Below are positions 34,469 to 43,143 of a DNA stretch of 56,177 bases, piece after piece. Below the pieces are notes generated by a model that worked only from the letters and a program-made list of their open reading frames with translations, had not been told where the DNA came from and did not search any database. The position numbers were made by a program, and so were the translations under genes. Position 1 is the first letter of the stretch. Every line of letters starts with the position of its first letter. The DNA is from Rickettsiales bacterium (lineage in GTDB: Bacteria; Pseudomonadota; Alphaproteobacteria; Rickettsiales; UBA1997). Where the stretch lies: contig JAQTXT010000001.1 of assembly GCA_028688645.1 (NCBI GenBank), positions 1 to 56,177 of the forward strand, in the 5' to 3' direction.

Positions 34469-35752
34469 TTATTTTTTCCCTTCCAGAAGTTTCATGCCAA
34501 CTTTATTAATCTTAACTTTTACAATTTTTCCAACTAAATCTTTATCTTCGCTTTCGACAACAACAGTTTGTAAATATGGACTTCTACCAAAATAACTACC
34601 ATCATTTTTATCGGATAAACTTTCAATAAGAATGTCCATAGTCTGTCCTAGTTTACTTTGATTAAATTCTGCTTGTTGTTTTTCAAGTAGCTTTTGTAAA
34701 ATATCAAGTCTTTCACTTTTCATTTTTTCATCTACTTGGTTCTGCATTTTTTCACCAGCAGTCCCAGGTCTAATACTATATTTGAATGAAAAAGTTGTTG
34801 CATAATTTACCTGTCTACACAATTCTAGTGTTTCCTCAAAATCTTTGTCTGTTTCACCAGCAAAGCCAACTATAAAATCAGAAGAAATCGCAATATCTGA
34901 CCTTGATTTTCTTAATTTTTTAACAACATTCAAATATTGTTCCACAGTATATTTTCTATTCATTGCTTTTAAAATTTTGTCAGAACCACTTTGAATTGGT
35001 AAATGAATAAAAGGCATAAGTTTTGTAATATCTCTATGAGCATCAATTAAATCTTGATTTACTTGACTTGGATAACTAGTCATATATCTAATTCTCTCAA
35101 TTCCCTCAATTTTTGATACTTTAAAAATTATATCAGCAAGCCCCTTTCCTTCAAACTTGTAATTATCAACATTTTGTCCTAAAAGTGTAATCTCCTTAAC
35201 TCCACCATCTCTCAAAACTTTAGCTTCATCAATAATTTGATTAAAATCCCTAGAATACTCTCTACCTCTTGTAAATGGAACAATACAATAAGAACAAAAT
35301 TTATCACAACCTTCTTGAACTGCAATTAATTCACTAACACCTTTAACAATTCTTGCTTGCGGCAAACTTTTAAACTTTTCTTCCGCTAAGAAATCTAATT
35401 TTACACCACTTTTTGCTCTAACAAGTTCTGGTAATTTATGATATGAAGCTGGTCCAACAATTATATCAACCATTTTCATTCTTTTTTTAATTTCATTAGC
35501 TGAAGTTTGTGCAACGCAACCAGCCACAACAACAACTGCCCTGCCCTTATTAAATTTTTTTATTCTTCCTAACTCTGAAAATATTTTTTCTTTAGCTTTT
35601 TCTCTAATACTGCAAGTATTTATAATGATTAAATCAGCATCATTCACATTCGTAGTTTCTTCATAACCATCATTTTTCATTATGTCAATCATTCTTGATG
35701 TATCATATACATTCATTTGACAGCCAAAACTCTTAGCAAAAACTTTTTTCAT
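34469..35752 (-). CDS. miaB: tRNA-2-methylthio-N6-dimethylallyladenosine synthase
   Basis: 427 aa. N-terminal FGCQMN, radical-SAM CDKFCSYCIVP, and a C-terminal TRAM-like domain. Confidence 0.93.
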   Translation of the reverse strand: MKKVFAKSFGCQMNVYDTSRMIDIMKNDGYEETTNVNDADLIIINTCSIREKAKEKIFSELGRIKKFNKGRAVVVVAGCVAQTSANEIKKRMKMVDIIVGPASYHKLPELVRAKSGVKLDFLAEEKFKSLPQARIVKGVSELIAVQEGCDKFCSYCIVPFTRGREYSRDFNQIIDEAKVLRDGGVKEITLLGQNVDNYKFEGKGLADIIFKVSKIEGIERIRYMTSYPSQVNQDLIDAHRDITKLMPFIHLPIQSGSDKILKAMNRKYTVEQYLNVVKKLRKSRSDIAISSDFIVGFAGETDKDFEETLELCRQVNYATTFSFKYSIRPGTAGEKMQNQVDEKMKSERLDILQKLLEKQQAEFNQSKLGQTMDILIESLSDKNDGSYFGRSPYLQTVVVESEDKDLVGKIVKVKINKVGMKLLEGKK

Positions 35753-35927
35753 AAAACTCCTAATTTTAATGAGATTTTAACTATTTTAATATTATAATAG
35801 CAAGTATTTTATCTTAATAGAATAATTTAATTTAAAGCAATTTTCCTAATCTTTATTTAAGAAAAGAAATTGACTAATATTTTATTTTTTAATACAATTT
35901 CTTAAGTTTTATGAAAAATAATAAATA

Positions 35928-37085
35928 ATGGATTTTGATTTACAAATATTAAGGGAATTTCTTACAGATGAAGTGGTAGACATAATAGAAAAAAATACAT
36001 TTTTAGAAAAATTTTTTACTGATATTTTAACTACTGAAAAATTTAGATGGGATTCTCAACAAACTACAAGTGGAAAATATTCATATTTGATAAATCATTT
36101 AATTGCAGTAGCAAAAATTGCAAAAATCATGAATTTACCAGAAGAGTATATCTTTGCCGCATTTCTTCATGATGTTTGTGAAATACCTTTTGGTGATGTA
36201 TCTGTTGGATTAAGAAATGAATTAGCTCAAAAACTAGAACAATTAGACTATGAAAAAACAATAGCAAAACTTATAATAAAACATCTTAAAGAATTACAAG
36301 ATCAAGAAGGTGTAGACATAGAAATTAAACAATTTTTAGATTCATTTAATATGGATACAATAAAAGATGAAAAAACTAAATTAATTATAAAGAATATTCT
36401 GTTTGGTTTTTTGTTAGAAGAAAATCCAATTATTCAATTTTTAGAAAAGCTAGAGACCAATTGTTTGTATTTAAGAGAAAATACAACGGATTTTATTAAA
36501 GAAGTTTTTACAAGTTCATTTTTATTTAATATAAATTATTCATTACAATTTTTACCATTAATATTAAATAGCTCAGAATTTGATGAAAAAACAAAATTGG
36601 ATTGTATTAAATTGCAAGTGGCCTTTATAGCTGAATTTGTAAGTAAACACAAAGACATTTTTATAGTTAAACAAGAAGATTTAGAAAAATTTAATAAACT
36701 AAAAGAAATTGTAATTGTAATACAAAACGAAGGTTTGAAGCAAGGAAATTTTAATACTTTATTGGAAATTTTAGGTTATAATCCAACAAAAAAAGAACAA
36801 ATAATTACAGAAATCATACCATATGACGAATGCAAAACACTTTTTACAAAAATTCAAATAATGAGTGATTATTCATATAATCTAGGTTCTTTAAGATGCA
36901 GATTAGGTTCAGAAATTTTTACAGAATTACAATCAGGATCTTTTCAAGTCTTTAACAGAAGAATTTTAGAAGAAGGTAAAAGAGATGAAACATGTGATTT
37001 ACAAAGAGTTTTATATAGACATACTTCTAAACAAGCAGCAATAAAAGGTTTAGTTAGAAGCCATATTAGAAAATTGACTATATAA
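35928..37085 (+). CDS. Hypothetical protein with a possible HD-type metal-dependent phosphohydrolase motif
   Basis: 385 aa. The ..NHLIAVAKIA..(18 aa)..AAFLHDVCEIPFGD pattern resembles an H..HD..D signature. The rest is unrecognised. The C-terminus is basic. Confidence 0.45.
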   Translation: MDFDLQILREFLTDEVVDIIEKNTFLEKFFTDILTTEKFRWDSQQTTSGKYSYLINHLIAVAKIAKIMNLPEEYIFAAFLHDVCEIPFGDVSVGLRNELAQKLEQLDYEKTIAKLIIKHLKELQDQEGVDIEIKQFLDSFNMDTIKDEKTKLIIKNILFGFLLEENPIIQFLEKLETNCLYLRENTTDFIKEVFTSSFLFNINYSLQFLPLILNSSEFDEKTKLDCIKLQVAFIAEFVSKHKDIFIVKQEDLEKFNKLKEIVIVIQNEGLKQGNFNTLLEILGYNPTKKEQIITEIIPYDECKTLFTKIQIMSDYSYNLGSLRCRLGSEIFTELQSGSFQVFNRRILEEGKRDETCDLQRVLYRHTSKQAAIKGLVRSHIRKLTI

Positions 37086-37142
37086 TTAATTTTGCAAAAT
37101 TGTTAAATATATATTCAATTAACTCTGATTATATTTAAAAAA

Positions 37143-38312
37143 CTACAAATCTAATAATTTTTTCTTCTCTTCATCACTCAAAAAATCAGCATTTGCAATT
37201 TTATTCCAATAACTTTCTTGCCTTGAAGAAAGAGCTGAAATTTTGTCTTTGTCATAATATAATTCAACATTCCCATCAAACATTGGAACTAACCAATTAT
37301 TTAAAGCCGTTAAAATATTATCAACCATTGGTAAAATTGTTTCTTCCCACATTGCCAATCTTGCCTCTGTCAAATTACTATAAGTATTATCACCTGGTAT
37401 TCCTAATAATTGAGATGGGACACCAAAAACCATTGCAATATCTCTAGCACAAGAATGTTTTGCATCTAAGAAATCCATATCCGCAGGACTTAAACTCATT
37501 TCTTTCCACTCTAAACCACCCTCTAATAACAATGGTTTGCCAGCATTTTCACTTCCAGAAAACTCTTCATTTAATTGTTTTTTTAATCTATCGAATTGTT
37601 CATCAGTTAAAAATGCGGAATTATCACCGTCACCTTTTACCATCAATGCTCCGCTTGGCTTTGCTCCATTTTGCAACATTGCCTGATTCCATTTTGAAGA
37701 TTCATTATGTTGATCTATAGCATAACTAGCAGCTTCAACAGGCGATAAACCATACCAATCATTAATTGGATTGAAATTTTTAATATGTAAAATCTCGGAT
37801 TTTCCAGTTAATTTATCCAGATAGAAAGTTGATTTTGTACTATTAACTTTATATTCATAAGCTATTGGAATACCAAAATTACCAGCTATTATACTAATTC
37901 TATCTGGTCTTAAAATGAATAATTCTTTTGGACTTTGGAAATTTTCGCTTCTTAAAAACACAGCCTTTACAAAACTATTCCCAGAAATTAATTTATAAGA
38001 ATATAATGATTCAAAAAATTCAATTCTGTTTTGTGTTGGATTTGGATTATTTAATAAATCAATTAGAGGGTGATTTTTAATTTCCTCATTAGTTTTTTTA
38101 TCATATAATAAAAACGAAATAGAACTGGCACTTCTCGCTAACATAGAAATACATTTATACCCAACAACATTTTTAATATAACCTTCTCTTGAAAACATCT
38201 CATAGTTTCTATCAGACCAAACTGCTTTTCCAAGTGGTTGATAATACGATTTAATTTCATTTATTCTTTTATCACTTTTCTTTTCTTTAAAAATATTTTT
38301 TATTATATTCAT
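37143..38312 (-). CDS. Phage portal protein, HK97 / RcGTA g3-like family (orphan)
   Basis: 389 aa. Length and motifs (..GNSF.., ..WYGLSPVEAA.., ..FGVPSQLLG..GDNTYSN..EAR..) are typical of HK97-family portals. No terminase, protease or capsid gene is adjacent. Confidence 0.8.
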   Translation of the reverse strand: MNIIKNIFKEKKSDKRINEIKSYYQPLGKAVWSDRNYEMFSREGYIKNVVGYKCISMLARSASSISFLLYDKKTNEEIKNHPLIDLLNNPNPTQNRIEFFESLYSYKLISGNSFVKAVFLRSENFQSPKELFILRPDRISIIAGNFGIPIAYEYKVNSTKSTFYLDKLTGKSEILHIKNFNPINDWYGLSPVEAASYAIDQHNESSKWNQAMLQNGAKPSGALMVKGDGDNSAFLTDEQFDRLKKQLNEEFSGSENAGKPLLLEGGLEWKEMSLSPADMDFLDAKHSCARDIAMVFGVPSQLLGIPGDNTYSNLTEARLAMWEETILPMVDNILTALNNWLVPMFDGNVELYYDKDKISALSSRQESYWNKIANADFLSDEEKKKLLDL

Positions 38313-38431
38313 AGTTATTTGAAGTTTTTAATTAATAAAAAAATTAATTTTACAATTAAAAAATGGGAGTATAAAACTTGCCTTTTAATAAAATATTTTT
38401 ATTATTTAACAAAATAAATATGGATATATAA

Positions 38432-38800
38432 ATGAAACCAAATAAGACTGGATTGGAAAGAATTTTAAATGCTTTTAAATATTCCAGAGATGGATTTGTA
38501 GCAGCTTTTAAAAGTGAAGAAGCCTTTAGACAAGATGTTTTGTTATGTTCAGTTCTATTTTTTATAGCTATTTTACTAGATATATCGTTCATTGAAAAAT
38601 TGTTTCTATTTTCCTCATTGTTTTTGGTTATAATATCTGAACTTGTAAATACAACAATAGAGGTAATAATAGACAGAATATCAGATGATATTCACCCTCT
38701 ATCAAAAATAGCAAAAGATATAGGAAGTTGTATTGTTTTAGTATCTTTCATGTACTTGATACTCGTTTGGATTATCATTCTATATGAAAATTTTTTATAG
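38432..38800 (+). CDS. dgkA: Diacylglycerol kinase
   Basis: 122 aa. The ..YSRDGFVAAFKSEEAFRQD.., ..ELVNTTIEVIIDRI.. and ..AKDIGS.. motifs are typical of DgkA. Confidence 0.9.
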   Translation: MKPNKTGLERILNAFKYSRDGFVAAFKSEEAFRQDVLLCSVLFFIAILLDISFIEKLFLFSSLFLVIISELVNTTIEVIIDRISDDIHPLSKIAKDIGSCIVLVSFMYLILVWIIILYENFL

Positions 38801-38805
38801 TTTAT

Positions 38806-39201
38806 ATGACATATAATTTAATTGATTTAAAAATATATTCTCCAATTGAAATGTTTCTAGACGAGAGCATTAAAAGATTGACATTTCAAGGAAAGGAAGG
38901 ATTTTTAACAATTTTACCAAATCATATTGATTATATTTCATCTTTTGACACAAATGTTATGAATTTTATTGATATGAATAATAATAAAAAATTTATAGCA
39001 TTAACAAATGGAATTCTTGTAAAATATGCAGACAAAGTGAGATTAACTGCATATAAAGCAATACTGGGAAATACTTTAGGTGAACTTAGAGAAAAAATAA
39101 ATCAAATTTCGGAAAATGAGAATAATATAGAAAAAGAAATAAACAAAAATTTAAAACAATTAGAATACTACATGCTCAATAATTTAACGGAGTTAAAATA
39201 A
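38806..39201 (+). CDS. atpC: F-type ATPase epsilon subunit (N-ATPase-operon type context)
   Basis: 131 aa. LKIYSPIEMFLDESIKRLTFQGKEGFLTILPNHIDYISSF... follows the epsilon beta-sandwich pattern (..P..G..GILP.H.P....L). Confidence 0.7.
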   Translation: MTYNLIDLKIYSPIEMFLDESIKRLTFQGKEGFLTILPNHIDYISSFDTNVMNFIDMNNNKKFIALTNGILVKYADKVRLTAYKAILGNTLGELREKINQISENENNIEKEINKNLKQLEYYMLNNLTELK

Positions 39202-39467
39202 TGAATGTTTTAAATGATAGATTGAAAGAAACTATAAAAAAACAAGAGGAACTAAAAGAAAAAATCAACATAAAGCCTTTCATTTTATTAATTTCATTCG
39301 GTATTCAAATAATACTTGTTTATTTATTTTTTATATATTTAATAGGAAATGTTCTAGCTTCATTATTGGATGTTAATAATTTATATTTCCTAGCAATTAT
39401 TCTGGGAACTATAGCTAATATAAATTCAGTAATAAAAATAATAAAAGGACTAAAAAATGCCAAATAA
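39201..39467 (+). CDS. atpQ: AtpZ/AtpI-like small membrane protein (AtpQ position of N-ATPase operons)
   Basis: 88 aa with two TM helices and a ..G..L...LD......F..I.ILG.. pattern. It lies between the epsilon and AtpR-like genes. Its start overlaps the epsilon stop (ATAATG). Confidence 0.55.
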   Translation: MNVLNDRLKETIKKQEELKEKINIKPFILLISFGIQIILVYLFFIYLIGNVLASLLDVNNLYFLAIILGTIANINSVIKIIKGLKNAK

Positions 39468-39729
39468 TGTAATTTTTTTATTTTTTATTGGATTTTTAAT
39501 GGGCGTATTTAATTTTTTTGGTCTAAAATGGACAATAAATAGAGCGATCAAAATGAAAAATATTGCCTTGATTATTCAAAGCCTTATCATAAGAATGGCA
39601 ATTGTTTGTATTGTGTTTTTTATTTTTTTAGATAAGAATTGGAAAAATGCTGCTATAATGATTATTGGATTTATTTCAGTTAAATATTTAGTTATTTTAT
39701 CAGATAAAATAAAGATAAGAAAAAAATGA
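39457..39729 (+). CDS. atpR: N-ATPase AtpR-like small membrane protein
   Basis: 90 aa. The ..GVFNFFGLKWTINRA.. motif resembles the AtpR G.L.FGGLWWTVRR signature. It overlaps both neighbours. Confidence 0.6.
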   Translation: MPNNVIFLFFIGFLMGVFNFFGLKWTINRAIKMKNIALIIQSLIIRMAIVCIVFFIFLDKNWKNAAIMIIGFISVKYLVILSDKIKIRKK

Positions 39730-40391
39730 ACATAACTACAGATCAATTTATAATTTGGGAAAATAGTTTCTTTAAACTTAACGACACAATCTTTTTTACA
39801 TGGTTGATTATGCTAGTTATGATAGGTTTAGCACTAGTTTTAAGATTTTTTATAACAAATAAAAAGAACTTTGGAAAATTGCAAAATTTCTTTGAAGTTT
39901 TAATAACAGGAATAGAGGATCAAATTAAAAAAATGGGAGAAGTAGATATAAAATATATTTTTCCGTTTGTTGCTACACTTTTTATTTTTATATTAATAGC
40001 TAATTTATTGCAAATAATACCATTTTTTAAATCACCAACAGCCTCACTATCAACCAATATCGCCTTAGTAATTCTTGTTATAATAAGAGGAGTTAGTTAT
40101 GGTATAAAAAGAGTTGGAGTTGTCAATTATTTAAAGAAATATACAAAGCCAACGATATTTATGCTTCCAATGAACATAATTAGTGATGTAGCTAGCAATT
40201 GCGCTTTAGTAATAAGATTGTATGGAAATATTATGAGTGCAATGGTAATTGGAGCAATAGTTGATGGAATTGTATTTTTAGCATTTGGTTTTCCAATTTT
40301 TTTGAATATTTTACATTTTATAAGTAGTATAATTCAAGCTTATATATTTTCAATGTTATCTTTAGTATTTATAATGTCTGCGGAAGAATAA
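39726..40391 (+). CDS. atpB: F0 sector subunit a
   Basis: 221 aa and polytopic. The conserved ..LVIRLYGNIMSAMV.. segment carries the essential Arg, and the C-terminal helix is ..IQAYIFSMLSLVF... No c-subunit gene follows. Confidence 0.82.
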   Translation: MNITTDQFIIWENSFFKLNDTIFFTWLIMLVMIGLALVLRFFITNKKNFGKLQNFFEVLITGIEDQIKKMGEVDIKYIFPFVATLFIFILIANLLQIIPFFKSPTASLSTNIALVILVIIRGVSYGIKRVGVVNYLKKYTKPTIFMLPMNIISDVASNCALVIRLYGNIMSAMVIGAIVDGIVFLAFGFPIFLNILHFISSIIQAYIFSMLSLVFIMSAEE

Positions 40392-40486
40392 AAATTTCTG
40401 CAAAATAAATTTGTTTTAATTTTTTGGTATTTTATATGTTTATAATTAAGTTTTTAAAAAATAATTTGTTTCATAATAGTCTAGAT

Positions 40487-41785
40487 ATGAAAAAAATTAT
40501 ATTTATATTTATGGGAATTATTTTCTTATCATCTTGTTCTAATAAAAAAGAAATCACAGGGGAAAGAAAAAATATTTTCTTAGATTCTTCAACAAAAATA
40601 GAAGTTTCAAATCAAAAACAAAGTATTGTTATTACAAATTCCGATACATATCAAAATTATTACGGTGATAATTCCACATTAAATAAAAATATAGAAAATT
40701 ATAAAATTAATAATTTTAATTATAAAAAACTTTCAATTTCGAGAAAAAGATTTGGCGTGAAACATTATTACTTTTCAAATCCAGTAATTGTGGATAATAT
40801 CGTTTATTCGCTTGATACAAAAGGAAATTTAGTAGCCAAAGATAAAAGTAATTTCAATACATTGTGGAAAACAAAAGTAATAGAAAGAAGTAATTTTATA
40901 AATTATTATGGTGGCAAAATTTCATTTTATAAAGATGTGATATTTATTACATCAAGAACTAACGATATTATAGCTATTAATAAAGACGGAACTATAAAAT
41001 GGAAAAAGAGAATAAACGCCGTTCCAATATCAACTCCAGTAATTGAAAGTAATACATTATATACAATAACTAATGATAATAAACTTTATGCTTTAGATAT
41101 AGAAGATGGTAGAATAAAATGGATACACTATGGAAATTATAAGGATTCCACTATTTTTGGCTCAGCAGACCCTGTCATATATAAAAATTATGTAATAGCC
41201 TCATATTCATCTGGAGAATTATTTGTATTAAATAAAAATACTGGAGAGATTATTTTTGACACAAAACTTACTGGAAGATATTTTATTTTTTCAAATTTTG
41301 AGTTAACGGACATCGATAGTACTCCACAAATAAAAAACGGAATATTAGTCGCTACAGCTAACAATGGAATTACAATTGGTTTGAATTTAAATAATATGAA
41401 GATTTTATGGAAGCAAAATCTTTCATCATTAACAAACATTTTGATTAATAATGATTTTGTATATTTAATAACAAACGATAATATCTTGATTAATATGAAT
41501 TTAAAAGATGGACAAATTAATTATTTAACACAATTACCTCAATATACTAATGAAAAAAAGAAAAAAGGTATTATCTATTATAAAAGTATGATTTTTGCCA
41601 ATGATAAACTTTTAGCTTTCAATAATCTAAATGAATATAAAATCATAAATCCAATTAATGGGAAAATTGAAAAAACAGAGAAAATATCATTCAATGCTTA
41701 TAATAAACCATTTTCATTAGATAATAAAATATGTGTTATAGCTTTTAAAGGTGCCACGCTAAATACTATTTTTGGTAACAATTAA
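40487..41785 (+). CDS. bamB: PQQ-like beta-propeller lipoprotein, BamB-like
   Basis: The preferred start is MKKIIFIFMGIIFLSSCS (lipobox) at 40487. Repeated ..G.I.W.. / ..LYA.D...G...W.. blades are typical of BamB. Confidence 0.65.
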   Translation: MKKIIFIFMGIIFLSSCSNKKEITGERKNIFLDSSTKIEVSNQKQSIVITNSDTYQNYYGDNSTLNKNIENYKINNFNYKKLSISRKRFGVKHYYFSNPVIVDNIVYSLDTKGNLVAKDKSNFNTLWKTKVIERSNFINYYGGKISFYKDVIFITSRTNDIIAINKDGTIKWKKRINAVPISTPVIESNTLYTITNDNKLYALDIEDGRIKWIHYGNYKDSTIFGSADPVIYKNYVIASYSSGELFVLNKNTGEIIFDTKLTGRYFIFSNFELTDIDSTPQIKNGILVATANNGITIGLNLNNMKILWKQNLSSLTNILINNDFVYLITNDNILINMNLKDGQINYLTQLPQYTNEKKKKGIIYYKSMIFANDKLLAFNNLNEYKIINPINGKIEKTEKISFNAYNKPFSLDNKICVIAFKGATLNTIFGNN

Positions 41786-41851
41786 ATTCGAATTTAATTG
41801 ACTTTAAATTAAATATTCTTATAATTTTCTAGGGTAAAAATCATATGTTTT

Positions 41852-43126
41852 ATGTCGGATATTAAAAAATTATCGAACAGTTTTTTGCAAAATTACAAAT
41901 TAACTTTAATCATTTTATTGTCAGTTTGTTTTGGATTATTAACTGGTGATTTATTGGGTGAAAAAGCAAAAATACTTTTACCGTTTGGAGAAATTTTTGT
42001 TAATTTAACTTTTACACTTATTACACCAATGATATTTTTCAGTGTATCATCAGCTGTTGCTAATGTTATAAATTTGAATAATGTCAAAAAAACAATACTT
42101 ACATCAATTTTAGTTTTTGTATTTATGTCTTTTGTATCTACTTTATATATGATAATAGTATCAAAACTCATTCCATCAGCTAATTTTTCAACATTTCAAT
42201 ATCCTTTAGTATACAATACTCAACAGGTGAATATAGCTGAGAATTTTGCAACAATTTTTACATCATTGGATTTTGGAAATATGTTATCAAAAACAGCAAT
42301 TTTACCTCTAGTAATTTTTTCTATATTATTTGGTATAGCAACAAAATTAGTTGGACAAAAAGGCGATGCCGTTAGAAGAAGTTTAAATAATTATAATATT
42401 GTAATGTTCAAAATGATTAATTTTTTGATGTATTTCGCACCAATTGGATTATTTGCATATTTCGCAGTATTAAGCGGAACAACATCACACAATGTAATTA
42501 ATTCCATTGAAACAACAAGTTTTCATTTTTATATATCATCTATAATTTTTGGAATTGTTTTTTATACTTTTATAGCATATATTTCAGCTGGTACTGATGG
42601 TATTAAAGCTTTAAAATTTCTAGCTATTCCTTCCGTTGTAGCTTTTGCAACAAGAAGCAGTTTAGCAACTTTGCCAATAAATTTTGAAGCTGGACAGAAT
42701 ATAAACATTCCAAAAAGTGTTTCAAACATAAGTTTATCATTGGGATCGATAATACATTTAGATGGTTCTTCACTTTCAACAATATTGAAAATTATGGTTT
42801 TGTTGTCAATATTTGGTATAGATTCAACAGGTACTTTATTTTATGCAAAAATGTTTTTAATATCAACTTTTGTATGTTTTTTAACATCAGGTGTTCAAGG
42901 TAGCGGCCCAATTTTAGATGTAACAATTATAGCTTTTTTTGGTTTTCCAGTTGAATCGTTGCCAATTTTAGTAGCATTACATTATTTAATAGATCCAATA
43001 ATAACAGTATTGAACACAGCAGGAAATATTGTCGGTTCAATGTTAATTGCAAGATTAGTAAAAGGAAAATTCTGGATTTATAGAAAAGATTTAGAAGAAG
43101 ATCCAGTTCTAGGAATTTATAAATAA
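41852..43126 (+). CDS. Dicarboxylate/amino acid:cation symporter (DAACS family)
   Basis: 424 aa and polytopic. ..AFATRSSLATLP.. and ..HLDGSSL.. are typical of GltP/SstT-type carriers. Confidence 0.82.
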   Translation: MSDIKKLSNSFLQNYKLTLIILLSVCFGLLTGDLLGEKAKILLPFGEIFVNLTFTLITPMIFFSVSSAVANVINLNNVKKTILTSILVFVFMSFVSTLYMIIVSKLIPSANFSTFQYPLVYNTQQVNIAENFATIFTSLDFGNMLSKTAILPLVIFSILFGIATKLVGQKGDAVRRSLNNYNIVMFKMINFLMYFAPIGLFAYFAVLSGTTSHNVINSIETTSFHFYISSIIFGIVFYTFIAYISAGTDGIKALKFLAIPSVVAFATRSSLATLPINFEAGQNINIPKSVSNISLSLGSIIHLDGSSLSTILKIMVLLSIFGIDSTGTLFYAKMFLISTFVCFLTSGVQGSGPILDVTIIAFFGFPVESLPILVALHYLIDPIITVLNTAGNIVGSMLIARLVKGKFWIYRKDLEEDPVLGIYK

Positions 43127-43143
43127 GTATAGAGAAAAACACA

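Noticed and set aside
37143-38312. A prophage or genomic island around the portal gene
   Set aside because: No integrase, att-like direct repeats, tRNA target or other phage structural genes are present. The neighbours are ordinary chromosomal genes (dgkA and the ATPase subunits).
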